A DNA stretch of 64,000 nt from Candidatus Magasanikiibacteriota bacterium (GTDB taxonomy: Bacteria; Patescibacteriota; Patescibacteriia; Magasanikbacterales; UBA922): contig DOMK01000009.1 in NCBI GenBank assembly GCA_003510435.1, forward strand, positions 24,675 to 88,674, given 5' to 3'. Position 1 is the first letter of the stretch; each line of letters starts with the position of its first letter. Positions 26,982-37,962 of this stretch are shown here, piece after piece. The position numbers and the translations under genes are program-made. Under the pieces are notes generated by a model that saw nothing but the letters and a program-made list of their open reading frames with translations, had not been told where the DNA came from and made no database searches.

Positions 26982-29018
26982 TTATAATTCAAAAACAATT
27001 TTCTTACTCTTGCTATGTTCAGTATAAGCTTCTAGTATATCCCCTTCTTCTATTTTGTCTTTGCCTTCAAAACGCAAACCACATTCTGTCCCACTTGGGA
27101 CTTCGGACACATCTTGCTGACCAGTCTTACATTGAGAAAATTTGCCTTCACCAATCAATTCTCCTTTGCGCTTTATTCTTACTTTAGAATTTTTTGTGAC
27201 TTTGCCATCAGTAATCCGAGCACCAATGGTCATGGCATTTTTGTCTGTTCTAAAAATTGCCAAAACTTTGGCTCGGCCTAATTCTTCTATAGTCACTTCA
27301 GCACTCAACTTTTTTTCCAAATCTTCTTTTACCCAATTGATCAAATCATAAATAATTTCATAACGTTTGAATTCTACGTTCTTTTCGCGCATCAATTCTT
27401 CGGCACTCGGTGTCGGGTTGACATGAAAACCAACTATAGTGGCTTCACCCGCTTCAGCTTTATTAACATCATCTTCAGTAATATTTCCCAAGCCCTTGCC
27501 AATTATTTTCACTCCCACCTCTTCGTGTTTTAATTTTTGCAAAGAACCAACAATTGCTTCCAAAGATCCAAGCACATCAGTCTTTATTATTAAATTTAAA
27601 GTATGTTCACGTCGTACTCCCTCTTCTTCTTCGGTTTCATTTTTTATTACATTCAAGCTTCTCTCGGCTCCAGTTTGCTGATTCCGTTTTTGTTTTACAT
27701 CAATTTTACTAGCGTCACCTGCTTTTGACAAATTCATTATATCGCCCACTTCTGGTGCCACTTTAAAACCAATTATTTGCACTGGCACCGATGGTCCAGC
27801 AGTGGCCAAATCACGACCAATATAATCTTTCATAGCGCGCACTTTGCCATAAATTTCACCATTTACTACCAAAGGATCATTTCTTCTAAGAGTACCGGCT
27901 TGCACCAAAACGGTAGCCACTGGACCCATCCCCTTGTCAACATGGGATTCAATAATTGTTCCAACGGCTGGTAAACTAGGATCAGCTTTTATTTTATCTT
28001 CATTCAAATCAGCCATAAGAAGTAAAACATCTAATAATTTATCAATATTAAGTTTTTGTTTGGCCGAAATTTCTACCACTGGTACTGTCCCGCCCCAATC
28101 TTCACACAAAACATTTCTTTGCGAAAGTTCAGTTCTCACTCGTTGTGGGTCAGCCCCTTCTCTGTCAATTTTGTTAATGGCCACAATAAATGGCAACTTG
28201 GCGGCATTAATAATGTTTATTACTTCTTCGGTTTGTGGTTTGACACCATCGTCTGCGGCCACAACCATAATCGCAATATCTGCTACTTTAGCACCACGAC
28301 TGCGCATAACAGTAAAGGCCTCATGACCAGGAGTGTCAATAAAAGTTATTGCTCTTTCTTGTTTGTTTTTTGGATCTTGCCAAACAGTCTGATAAGCACC
28401 AATATGCTGAGTAATACCACCTGATTCAGTATCAATTATATTTGTACTACGGATAGCATCCAATAATTTGGTTTTACCATGATCAACATGACCCATCACG
28501 ACCACGACCGGTGATCTAGGTTGTAAATTTTCTGTAGATGATAAGGCTTCTTCCAATGCCTTTACTTTTTGTTCTTCCACAGCATGATCAACTTTGTTAG
28601 TTTCTTCTTTTTTGGCCGTAAATCCAAGCTCCTCAGCCATGATGGCGGCAGTATCATAATCAATGTTTTGATTTTGATTGGCCAAAATACCATTTTTCAT
28701 GAGTTCGGTAATGATCCGAGTGACAGACATATTAAGTTTGTCCGCAAAATCTCTTACTCTTATCAAATCTGGTAAGACTACTGTTTCGCCAGTTTCTTTG
28801 CGCAATTCTTTTTCTTTCATTTTTTTCTCTTCTTCTTCTTTTTTCTTTTGGTCATCTAGATCTTTTTTTATAAAACGCCACTTACGAGTAATTTGATCGG
28901 CCACCTTATTGTCAACTTTGATCGCTCTGGCTCCAATATCAAAACCATACTTGGGTAATAGTTCAAGCATTTCTTTGGTATTGATTCTTAATTTTCTCGC
29001 TAATTCTGTTACATTCAT
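26982..29018 (-). CDS. infB: Translation initiation factor IF-2
   Basis: GHVDHGKT, DTPGHEAF, NKID. Confidence 0.97.
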   Translation of the reverse strand: MNVTELARKLRINTKEMLELLPKYGFDIGARAIKVDNKVADQITRKWRFIKKDLDDQKKKEEEEKKMKEKELRKETGETVVLPDLIRVRDFADKLNMSVTRIITELMKNGILANQNQNIDYDTAAIMAEELGFTAKKEETNKVDHAVEEQKVKALEEALSSTENLQPRSPVVVVMGHVDHGKTKLLDAIRSTNIIDTESGGITQHIGAYQTVWQDPKNKQERAITFIDTPGHEAFTVMRSRGAKVADIAIMVVAADDGVKPQTEEVINIINAAKLPFIVAINKIDREGADPQRVRTELSQRNVLCEDWGGTVPVVEISAKQKLNIDKLLDVLLLMADLNEDKIKADPSLPAVGTIIESHVDKGMGPVATVLVQAGTLRRNDPLVVNGEIYGKVRAMKDYIGRDLATAGPSVPVQIIGFKVAPEVGDIMNLSKAGDASKIDVKQKRNQQTGAERSLNVIKNETEEEEGVRREHTLNLIIKTDVLGSLEAIVGSLQKLKHEEVGVKIIGKGLGNITEDDVNKAEAGEATIVGFHVNPTPSAEELMREKNVEFKRYEIIYDLINWVKEDLEKKLSAEVTIEELGRAKVLAIFRTDKNAMTIGARITDGKVTKNSKVRIKRKGELIGEGKFSQCKTGQQDVSEVPSGTECGLRFEGKDKIEEGDILEAYTEHSKSKKIVFEL

Positions 29019-29019
29019 A

Positions 29020-29175
29020 ATTACTGATTACTGATAATCCGGATTTACGGATTCACAGATATTAAATAAAAATTTAAAAAAGATGAAATTTAACATCTGT
29101 GAGTAAGATTATAGCTAAATAAAAGAAAAAAGTCAATTTTATCCGTAAATCCGGATTATCCGTATATCCGTAATT
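29020..29175. repeat. Inverted 9-nt-period repeat (ATCCGTA/TACGGAT family) bracketing the infB promoter
   Basis: ctgataatccggatttacggattcacagat ... atccgtaaatccggattatccgtatatccgtaat; same family in-frame in truB at about 36995-37038. Confidence 0.7.
29108..29136 (-). promoter_or_regulatory. sigma70 promoter of infB
   Basis: Minus strand TTGACT-N17-TATAAT. Confidence 0.7.
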
Positions 29176-29186
29176 TTAAAAGTCAA

Positions 29187-31670
29187 CTAATTAAACCTCT
29201 TTTTCTTTATAAAAAAACCTAACACCCACATCGTTAACAAAGGTAAAAATATCATCATTACAAATTCATTTAACGACAATATTTCCAAATGAAAAACCAA
29301 TCTTAATGATTTCAAACTAAAACACAAAATAAGAAATATAAAACTAATTGCATTAATAATTAATAATATTTTATTAGTCTTGACCTGTTCCCATTCACGA
29401 GTAAAAACTATTAAAAATATTTGTGAAGCTACGAGTGAACCAAAAGCCAAGCTCTTACCTAGTTCATCATTGCCCAAGTAGATTGAAAAATAATAATATA
29501 GACCAAAAGACAAAGCTAAAATTGTTCCACCTTGCAAAAATATTCTCAACCAAGCGCGTGGATTGACCAATGGTTCTTTGGTTGATCTTGGTTTTTCAAG
29601 CATCAAACCCCGACGGGCTGGTTCTTTTTCAAAACCAATTACCGATGATGGATCACAAATTAATTCCAAAAAAATAATGTGGATTGGTAAAAATATCAAT
29701 GGTTCACCAAACAGTAAAGGCAAAATTGCCAAACCAATAATTGGCAAATGAAAAGAAAACAAAAATACAAAAGCTTGGCGTAAATTATCATAAATTCTTC
29801 GACCTTCTTTGACCGCATTTACAATCGTGGCAAAATTATCATCCATAAGGATAATACCGGCTGCGGCTCTGGCTACTTCTGTGCCTTTTTGTCCCATGGC
29901 AATCCCTATATTAGCTTTTTTGAGAGCAGGAGCATCATTCACACCGTCACCAGTCATCGCCACGATTTCTCCTTGATTTTGCAAGGCTTCTACTAATAAA
30001 TACTTTTGTTCTGGTTCCACCCTAGTAAAAATATCATGTCGTCTAGCGGTTTCTTGTAAGGCTGTCGGCGACATATTTTTCAAATCTGCTCCAGTCATTA
30101 TTTCTTCATTGTGCTTTAGACCAATTTGCTCGGCCACACTATGTGCAGTCAGTTTATTATCACCCGTAATCATAATGATTCTAATCCCCGCTTTTTGACA
30201 AGTATCAATCGCTTCTTTCACTCCAGACCGAGGGGGGTCACTCATAGCCAATAGTCCTATAAATTGCAAATCTTCTATTACAATTTTTCCACTCTCGTGA
30301 CAAGGGCGTTTGGCAATACCAATTACTCTATAACCACTATCAGCCATAATTTCATAAGCTGACATAATTTTATTTTTTTCAGCTTTTTTTAATAAACTAG
30401 ATTCAATTACAAATTCTGGCGCGCCCGCTGTGTGTTGTTCACACAATCCTCTCTTATGTTTCCACAAGTGATGGACCATTTTTGTTTTTGATTCAAAAGG
30501 TAAATCCTGTACCAAACTATGTTCATTAAAATATTTATTTACATCAATTCCAAGTTTAACTGCATAGGCTTGAACTTCAATTTCAATTGGATCAATCGCT
30601 ACTTGTTCAAGAGATAATAAAGCACACTCAATCAATTCTTTTATATCCTGTTTATGTTCCCCATCATTAATATCAATTAATTCATTATTAAAATACACTT
30701 GTTTCAAAGCCATTTTACCTTCAGTCAAAGTACCGGTTTTGTCAGTGCAAATTACCGTGGCTGAACCAAGAGTTTCTACCATGGCCATTTCTCTAACCAA
30801 AGCTTTTTGCTTGGTCATACGCCATACCCCCATAATCAGAAATACACTAAACACTACGGGAAATTCTTCGGGAATGAGTGACATGGCAATCGTAACTCCA
30901 GCCAAAAAACCATGAACCCAACCTTCTTTCAAAGTCATTACTGCCCCGACACCAAAAGCAGAAATTATAGCCACAATCGCCACAAAACGCACGAGACGAT
31001 GCATCTTTTGTTGCAGAGGAGTTTTTTCCGTAATAATTTTTTCTAATAAATTTCCCAATTGTCCATACTTGGTGGCTCCACCGGTTTTTTCTACTACTAG
31101 ATAACCTTCGCCTTGAACAATCATGGTTCCTTGATATAACAAATTTTCTTCACTAGTATTTTCTTGTTTATTGCCAATTTCACTTTTTGTCACAGAAACT
31201 GATTCGCCAGTGAGCATGGATTCATCTACCTGCACACCAGGTGAATTTAAAATAAAACCATCGGCTGGTACTCTGTCTCCAGCAGTCAAATATACATAAT
31301 CACCGGGTACTAAAAATTTTACTTCTATTTTTTCTCTTACTCCATTACGAAACACTTCTACATATTGCACCATCATTTTATCCAAAGCGCGGACAGCTTC
31401 ATCAGTTTTGGATTCTTGAAAAAATTCAATCGCTAAAATTGGAATAATAGAACACAACAAAATTATGGCTTCTAATTTATCGCCAATAAAAAAATAGATA
31501 ATGGCCGCCGCCAAGAGCAATAAAATCATTGGTTCAGTTATAATGTCAAACAAACGCTTTATCCACGTTTTATTTTTTACCACTGGTCGACTATTTTCAC
31601 CATGGGTTTGCAATAATTCTTCTACCTGAGATGAAGTCAAACCTTGATAATTTTTTTGGTAAGTATTCAT
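29187..31670 (-). CDS. P-type cation-transporting ATPase (type II, Ca2+-like)
   Basis: LTGES, IPEE, DKTGTLT, DPPR, TGDN, GDGVNDAP. Confidence 0.93.
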   Translation of the reverse strand: MNTYQKNYQGLTSSQVEELLQTHGENSRPVVKNKTWIKRLFDIITEPMILLLLAAAIIYFFIGDKLEAIILLCSIIPILAIEFFQESKTDEAVRALDKMMVQYVEVFRNGVREKIEVKFLVPGDYVYLTAGDRVPADGFILNSPGVQVDESMLTGESVSVTKSEIGNKQENTSEENLLYQGTMIVQGEGYLVVEKTGGATKYGQLGNLLEKIITEKTPLQQKMHRLVRFVAIVAIISAFGVGAVMTLKEGWVHGFLAGVTIAMSLIPEEFPVVFSVFLIMGVWRMTKQKALVREMAMVETLGSATVICTDKTGTLTEGKMALKQVYFNNELIDINDGEHKQDIKELIECALLSLEQVAIDPIEIEVQAYAVKLGIDVNKYFNEHSLVQDLPFESKTKMVHHLWKHKRGLCEQHTAGAPEFVIESSLLKKAEKNKIMSAYEIMADSGYRVIGIAKRPCHESGKIVIEDLQFIGLLAMSDPPRSGVKEAIDTCQKAGIRIIMITGDNKLTAHSVAEQIGLKHNEEIMTGADLKNMSPTALQETARRHDIFTRVEPEQKYLLVEALQNQGEIVAMTGDGVNDAPALKKANIGIAMGQKGTEVARAAAGIILMDDNFATIVNAVKEGRRIYDNLRQAFVFLFSFHLPIIGLAILPLLFGEPLIFLPIHIIFLELICDPSSVIGFEKEPARRGLMLEKPRSTKEPLVNPRAWLRIFLQGGTILALSFGLYYYFSIYLGNDELGKSLAFGSLVASQIFLIVFTREWEQVKTNKILLIINAISFIFLILCFSLKSLRLVFHLEILSLNEFVMMIFLPLLTMWVLGFFIKKKRFN

Positions 31671-31831
31671 AAAAAATAAATAAGATACAATATACATGGA
31701 AAAACATACAAAAGTATTTTAATACCCACATATTATATTTTGTACATTAATTTTAACAGAAAAGGTTTGTATATTCAATACAGTAAAAAAACCGCCCTCA
31801 CGGACGGCTTATTACTTGTACACTTACAAAC

Positions 31832-33232
31832 TTACGCACTAAAATACTTATTCACCAACTCATCAATCTTTCCATCCACTTCTTCCATTTTCAATGGTGA
31901 TACTTCCCCACTCTTCTCAATCAATTCAATTACCACTTTCAAAATATATTTCATCCCCGGAATAATATGATTATTGCGATCTTCGGCATAAGAAAAACGA
32001 ATATGGCCTTTGCCCATTTGACCAAAATCTGAACCAGCCAGTGTGGCCACTCCTCTTTCATACAAAAACCAATTTCGCAAATCAACGTCTGACTTCAAAC
32101 CCAAATCTTCTTTGACATATTTTAAATCCAAAACTCTGGTAAAACTGGGAAATAAATAAAATGCTCCCTCAGCTTCATTACAAACTACATAAGGCTTTAG
32201 TAAATTTAAAGCTTCGGAAACAAAGCCACCCTTTTTCTCATATTCAACAAAATCTTTATCAATTATTTCTTGAACTTCTTCTTTTATACTTGGATAATGA
32301 AAGCCATCCAAATCCACATCACCATAAATTGCTCCAGCCACAATTTGATTCATCTTATTTACATTACTCCATTTATTAATGGCCAAACGTCCAAAAATTT
32401 CAATCAACCATTCTGGGGCCACTAAAAAGCCTAGACGCCAGCCAGTCATAGCATAATTTTTTGAATAGCCATTCAAATTTACTGTCCAATCCAACATACC
32501 AGGGATAGAAAGAAAACTAAAATGCTTTCGTCCACCAAAAGTGATTTGATCATAAATATCATCAAAAATCACAAAGAATTTATACTTCTTTACCAATTCA
32601 GCCACCTGTTCCAAAGTTTCCTTTGGCATCATCATACCAGTCGGATTTTGGGGAGTGTTGATAACTAATAACTTAATATTTTGATTTTCTTGAAATAATT
32701 TTTCTAAATCTTCTACACGAAATTCCAAAGTCTGTTTGTCCTCATCTTTATGCGCTTGCCAAGCCAAGACTTGACCGTGATGATAAAATTCGGCCAATGA
32801 TTCATACACTGGATACCCTGGATCTTGCACAATAATTTTATCACCTGGAGCAATGAGAGTTTGCAAAGATAATTCAATCGCTGATTTGCCCGCTGGTTCT
32901 AATAAAATATTTTCCGGCTTTATTTCCACCCCACGAAGTTCACTCCAGTATTTGGCAATATTCTGACGGACTTGGGGATAACCTAAAAAATGACCATATT
33001 TTGTTTGTTTATCTTTTAGGGCTTGAATCGCTGTATTAATTATTGGTTCTGGTGTTTTTGGTCCAGTATCACCCACATGAAATTTATAAATCTGAGAAAA
33101 CTTTTTTGAACTTTCTACTTTGATTACTTCTGCCCCAAAACCAAAAGCCGTCTCAGTACCCAAATAATTCAAATCTGGATTGATTGTCACGTTGGGAATT
33201 AAATTTTTGTCTGTTAGAAATTTTGGAATCAT
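31832..33232 (-). CDS. Class I/II PLP aminotransferase
   Basis: NTPQNPTG, DDIY, SKNYAMTGWRLG, GAFY. Confidence 0.9.
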   Translation of the reverse strand: MIPKFLTDKNLIPNVTINPDLNYLGTETAFGFGAEVIKVESSKKFSQIYKFHVGDTGPKTPEPIINTAIQALKDKQTKYGHFLGYPQVRQNIAKYWSELRGVEIKPENILLEPAGKSAIELSLQTLIAPGDKIIVQDPGYPVYESLAEFYHHGQVLAWQAHKDEDKQTLEFRVEDLEKLFQENQNIKLLVINTPQNPTGMMMPKETLEQVAELVKKYKFFVIFDDIYDQITFGGRKHFSFLSIPGMLDWTVNLNGYSKNYAMTGWRLGFLVAPEWLIEIFGRLAINKWSNVNKMNQIVAGAIYGDVDLDGFHYPSIKEEVQEIIDKDFVEYEKKGGFVSEALNLLKPYVVCNEAEGAFYLFPSFTRVLDLKYVKEDLGLKSDVDLRNWFLYERGVATLAGSDFGQMGKGHIRFSYAEDRNNHIIPGMKYILKVVIELIEKSGEVSPLKMEEVDGKIDELVNKYFSA

Positions 33233-33235
33233 ATT

Positions 33236-33365
33236 CGTAATCCCGAGCGCAGCGAGGGATCCCTTTTTGACGCACGGAAATGTTTATTAAATTAAATTTT
33301 ATTTAAAGCAATTTTTAATGAATTGAAAAGGGATTCCTCACTCACTATCGTTCATTCGGAATGAC
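33236..33365. mobile_element. RPE/REP-like palindromic element
   Basis: cgtaatcccgagcgcagcgagggatccc...gggattcctcactcactatcgttcattcggaatgac; supplies the transketolase C-terminus and stop. Confidence 0.75.
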
Positions 33366-35581
33366 AAAGAAAGAATCTTATTTTTTATCTCTTCACTCGT
33401 CATCCCCGCCATTTCATAAACTTCGTCTACTGTACCGGATTTTAAATAATGGTCAATACTAATTCCGCGCTCAGTATAATCTGCTGGTAAAATAAACGGA
33501 TATAAAAATCCTTTCCAACCATTGTGAATTGGAATCGTAATCGCGCGTTCATCATCCGAAAAAATACTATTAGCTTTTTCCGGATTATTTTTTCTTAATT
33601 CTTCAAACAATTGTGGTGAAGTCACAGCTAACACTTTTACACTCAGACCCTGTGCTTCCAAATCTGGCACAATTTTCATAGTATTCATCATTGGAATAGA
33701 TCCTGAAACTGCCAAAACGATGTCTGTTTTTTTGTTTTCTTGATTTTTTGCTTTATTACTTTCATAAAAAACATACGCCCCATTCACCGCATCTCCCGGT
33801 TTGGAATTTCCTACACTTCTGTCAAACACAATAGTATCTGGACGAGACACTGACAAAGCAATCGGTTCACCTTTTTCCAAAGCATAAAATAACATTTCAA
33901 TTGTTTCATTAGCATCTAGTGGCTTGTAAACTTTTATTCCTGGGTAAGCCGTAAACATACTCATCCAATACATTCCTTGATGAGTTGGACCATCTTCTCC
34001 AGTCTCTGGACCATCATGAGCCGCTTGCATAATAAAAAACCCTTTATTCTTTGGATTCAAATGATTACCAATCAAACCTAAACGCACACAATTGGTCATC
34101 ATAGAAGTAAACACCGCATAAGTAGAAAAAATTGATACTGGAGCAAAACCACCCGGCAATCTATCTCCTGTCATACCCACACTCATCATAGCCATGTTTT
34201 GTTCGGCAATCCCCCAACGAATTCCCCGACCAAGAGGATTTTGGACAGTCATTTCACCATAAACATCCTCAGCTTTTTGCGTCAAAATTGATTTAGATAA
34301 ATCACCTGTCCCCGCCCAGAAAAAAGCGGTTTGTTTCATGAGCCACAGATAAAACGCTTCGCTAGCTTTTCTTGTTGCCACTTTTGTACCAGGAGCAAAA
34401 TTTAATTCGGCTGGCAATTCACTCGGACGTTTAATATCAAGAGGATTCACCATTGGTCTATCGCCTAACTTTACTTTCATCTTTTCAACCAATGCATTCT
34501 GATCGCTGATCACTGATCTTTGCACATTGACTCTTTCTTCAATATATTTTGCAAGTTCATCAGTTATTTGTTCTTCCACAAACTTTATATCATCAATCAC
34601 TTGTCCTTCTACACCCTGAATATCAAACCCCAAACCTTTCATTATTCCTACATAATCCTCATGCTTGGCTGGTGAACCATGTGAACTCGCTGTATTTTCC
34701 AACTTTCCATAATGTTTACCTTTTATACAATGAGCCAAAACTACAGTTGGGGCATTGTTTTCGAACACTTTTTGTGCAGCCAATTGATAAGCATAAACCA
34801 GTTCCAAAATATTATGTCCATCCACTTCAATCACATTCCAGCCCATTCCCTGCCAATGATTAATATATGGAGAATTGATTACTTCATTAATATCACCATC
34901 AATTCCAAAATGATTATAATCAAGTGAAACAATTACATTATCAGCTCCGACTGCTTTCAAAACATTGCGTGCTTCATAGCTCATTCCTTCTTCGCTCTCG
35001 GCATCGCCCATAAACACCCAAACATTAGTATCTAGTCCAGATGATTTGTGAGCAATGGCCATGCCACCAGCCGCTGACAAACCATGTCCAGATGGACCAG
35101 TCGCCACGTCAGACAAAGGATAATAATTTTCAATATGTCCTTGGGGACCGTCATGGTGGCGGAAACGCAATAAATCTTCTGGCAAGACGGCTTCTATTTT
35201 TTTTGCATCAAAATCAATTCCCACTTTTCTTAAAGCACTATAAATCAAACTTAATCCACTATAAAGCCCTGGTGAACAGTGTCCAGCACTCCACACCACA
35301 CGATCACGTCCAGAATTTTTTGGTTCCAGTGCATCAAACTTCATGGCTCCACCAAGTACCATAGCCAAAAATTGTTCTACCTTAGAAGAAGATCCACCAG
35401 GATGCCCTGAATGTGAGGCTTCTAAAGAAGAAAAAATAAAACCACGCATAATGCGGGCCATTTCATTAAACTTATCCACATCAATTCCTTCTATACTAGC
35501 CAAATCTAAACCTCGTAAATCTAGATAATTTTCTGTTTTTAATTTGTTTATTTCTTCTGTGTTAAAAAGATTAATGGACAT
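33338..35581 (-). CDS. tkt: Transketolase (single-chain, divergent)
   Basis: SGHPGGSSS, RDRVVWSAGH, TGPSGHG, GIAEQNM, GEDGPTHQ; ATG 35581. Confidence 0.85.
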   Translation of the reverse strand: MSINLFNTEEINKLKTENYLDLRGLDLASIEGIDVDKFNEMARIMRGFIFSSLEASHSGHPGGSSSKVEQFLAMVLGGAMKFDALEPKNSGRDRVVWSAGHCSPGLYSGLSLIYSALRKVGIDFDAKKIEAVLPEDLLRFRHHDGPQGHIENYYPLSDVATGPSGHGLSAAGGMAIAHKSSGLDTNVWVFMGDAESEEGMSYEARNVLKAVGADNVIVSLDYNHFGIDGDINEVINSPYINHWQGMGWNVIEVDGHNILELVYAYQLAAQKVFENNAPTVVLAHCIKGKHYGKLENTASSHGSPAKHEDYVGIMKGLGFDIQGVEGQVIDDIKFVEEQITDELAKYIEERVNVQRSVISDQNALVEKMKVKLGDRPMVNPLDIKRPSELPAELNFAPGTKVATRKASEAFYLWLMKQTAFFWAGTGDLSKSILTQKAEDVYGEMTVQNPLGRGIRWGIAEQNMAMMSVGMTGDRLPGGFAPVSIFSTYAVFTSMMTNCVRLGLIGNHLNPKNKGFFIMQAAHDGPETGEDGPTHQGMYWMSMFTAYPGIKVYKPLDANETIEMLFYALEKGEPIALSVSRPDTIVFDRSVGNSKPGDAVNGAYVFYESNKAKNQENKKTDIVLAVSGSIPMMNTMKIVPDLEAQGLSVKVLAVTSPQLFEELRKNNPEKANSIFSDDERAITIPIHNGWKGFLYPFILPADYTERGISIDHYLKSGTVDEVYEMAGMTSEEIKNKILSLSFRMNDSE

Positions 35582-35802
35582 ACAAAAAAACAAGGGTTAA
35601 TTGTTAAGTTGTCTCCATTATAACAAATAGAATAAAAATGACAAGAGAGAATAAAAATGACAAATTTCTAATAACTAATATCAAATCTAAAAAATTTTAG
35701 CCATTTGTAATTAATTAGAAATTAGGTGAATTAGAAATTAAAAATTTATAAGACTTACATTAATCCATTTAGCTATTCTCAAAAAAAACACTCCACTATT
35801 TT

Positions 35803-36828
35803 TCAATCTTTTTTAGCTAAAATCACATACCCTTGCGCCTCCACCCACTTCCCTACCAAATACATTTCTACCAACCCATACAACTCACACAAAGCTGTAG
35901 AATAGGGATGTAAATATTTTTTTATTTTATATAATATTTTGTTTATAAATTTTAATAACATAATCCCGAACCCAGACGAAAGGGGGAGAGATCCCTTTTT
36001 GGTGAGCTGATTATTAACATTAATTATTACATCGTTTGATGCATTGGAAAGGGATCCCTCGTCGCCCTGTCGGGCTCGCTCGGGATGCCAAAAAAATTCA
36101 TCCGGATGCACCAAAAAACTTGCCCAAAAAGCATTGTACATTTTTTCTATATAAAAACCAGTATTTGCTAACAAACTTTTCAATTCTGATTTTGAATAAA
36201 GTGAAATATGAAACTCGGCATGTGGATCAATATTCAGTCCGCGCTTCATTAAATAATTTCTTACATAAGCATGACGACCAAGTTTTGATTCACTAAACAT
36301 GGCCAATACGCCACCAAATTTTAAAACGCGATTTAATTCTTTTAGCCAGGCTGGTACATTGGCTACATGCCCCAAAACATCTGATGTGTAGATCGCATCA
36401 AAATAATTATTTTCAAAAGGTAAGTGTTCACCATCATACCACTCCACTTCGGCATGCACACCATTTTGTTTAACTTTTTCTTTGGCCAAATCAATTTGTA
36501 ATTTTATTACATCTATTCCATATACTTCTACTTGCCGACCAAACATTTTTTTCAAATCAACCAAACTCGCACCAGTACCACAACCCACATCCAAAATTCT
36601 AATAGTTTCTACTTGCCAGCCAAGCTCATGAGTCTGGGGATTGTCTGCCAATCTTTGCTTAATATATTTCTTAATATACCGATACAAAAACCACTTCTTA
36701 GGATAAAAAAGTAATTTTGCCCAATCTTTTAATTCTACACGCTCACCCAAAAATACCGGGTTTGTATCCCAGATTTCTACACCGTCGTCTTGTGTTTTAC
36801 CCCAACCAAGAGTATTATTATTTTGCAT
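35803..36828 (-). CDS. Class I SAM methyltransferase with in-frame palindromic insert
   Basis: ILDVGCGTG, LPFENNYFD, ELNRVLK; ATG 36828. Confidence 0.82.
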   Translation of the reverse strand: MQNNNTLGWGKTQDDGVEIWDTNPVFLGERVELKDWAKLLFYPKKWFLYRYIKKYIKQRLADNPQTHELGWQVETIRILDVGCGTGASLVDLKKMFGRQVEVYGIDVIKLQIDLAKEKVKQNGVHAEVEWYDGEHLPFENNYFDAIYTSDVLGHVANVPAWLKELNRVLKFGGVLAMFSESKLGRHAYVRNYLMKRGLNIDPHAEFHISLYSKSELKSLLANTGFYIEKMYNAFWASFLVHPDEFFWHPERARQGDEGSLSNASNDVIINVNNQLTKKGSLPLSSGFGIMLLKFINKILYKIKKYLHPYSTALCELYGLVEMYLVGKWVEAQGYVILAKKD

Positions 36829-36847
36829 ATTGTTTATATTGTACCAT

Positions 36848-36921
36848 GGACAAGATACAAAATACATGGAACAATATACACAGTTATAATAAATTGTATT
36901 TTGTTACGTGTATTTTGTATG
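36848..36921. repeat. Inverted 7-nt-period repeat (CAAAATA/TATTTTG family) ending in the truB ATG
   Basis: caagatacaaaatacatggaacaatataca ... tgtattttgttacgtgtattttgtATG; 24-nt exact match in comEC at 17923-17946. Confidence 0.7.
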
Positions 36922-37695
36922 TTTATTTTAATCAACAAACCAAAAGACTGGACCAGTTTTGATGTGGTTGGCTATATTCGCAAGATCGCTCGCCAATCAC
37001 TCAAATCCGTAGATCCGGATAATCAGAAAATCCGTAGTTTAAAAGTCGGTCATGCTGGCACTTTAGATCCATTTGCCACTGGTCTTCTGATTGTTGGGGT
37101 TGGTCGTGAAGCTACCAAACGATTAGATGAATTTAAAAATTTGCCAAAAACTTATGTTGCGACTATAAGACTTGGCGCAGTGAGTGATACGTTTGATTCG
37201 ACAGGTGTAATTACGAACTACAAAAAATCATTGTCAAATTGTTACATGGTTACATTGCTAAAAAAACTATTCAAAAAAAATAACAATGTAACAATTCAAC
37301 AATGTAACAATGAATTCAACAAAATAGATTCTGTATTAATTCAAAACGTTTTAAATAAATTTATAGGGAAAATTAAACAAACACCACCAATGTACTCTGC
37401 GAAAAAAATCAATGGCCAAAAACTTTATGATCTCGCGCGTAAAGGAATAACTATTAGACGAAAGAAAAACAAAATTGAAATCTACAATATCAAACTAATA
37501 GAATATAATTATCCAATATTAAAAATCTCAGTCAACTGTTCCGCTGGCACCTATATTCGCACTCTGGCCAATGATATTGGTGAAAAACTCAGGGTCGGTG
37601 CATATTGTGAAGAACTGGAAAGAACTAAAATTGGTGAATATTCATTGGATGAGGCGAAAAGCATTGCAGATATAAAAAATTTACAATTCACCTAA
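36919..37695 (+). CDS. truB: tRNA pseudouridine(55) synthase TruB
   Basis: INKP..WTSFDVV, KVGHAGTLDPFATG, PPMYSA, CSAGTYIR. Confidence 0.95.
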   Translation: MFILINKPKDWTSFDVVGYIRKIARQSLKSVDPDNQKIRSLKVGHAGTLDPFATGLLIVGVGREATKRLDEFKNLPKTYVATIRLGAVSDTFDSTGVITNYKKSLSNCYMVTLLKKLFKKNNNVTIQQCNNEFNKIDSVLIQNVLNKFIGKIKQTPPMYSAKKINGQKLYDLARKGITIRRKKNKIEIYNIKLIEYNYPILKISVNCSAGTYIRTLANDIGEKLRVGAYCEELERTKIGEYSLDEAKSIADIKNLQFT

Positions 37696-37962
37696 TAAAA
37701 TATCAAATTCTAATCTAAAATAAATTATTCAAAATTTAACATTCGTCATTTTATTAGAAATTAGGTTAATTAGAAATTAGAAATTTTTTTGATTGTCATG
37801 GACAATCAAAAACTCCCCTCTACTCTAATTCTTTTTTAAAAAAGAACCAAAGCAGATTCGGGGAGTTTTTGTTTCCTCCTTTTTGGTTGTTGATTCCCTC
37901 CTCCGCGCCACACTGGCATGTTCCGATATCATCCAAGCCCTCCTAAAGAGCTGTTGGTTGTT

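Noticed and set aside
36790..36918. N-terminal extensions of truB, cls, trxA, leuS and the murF-like ORF
   Set aside because: They run through repeat elements or neighbouring genes; downstream ATGs match family starts.
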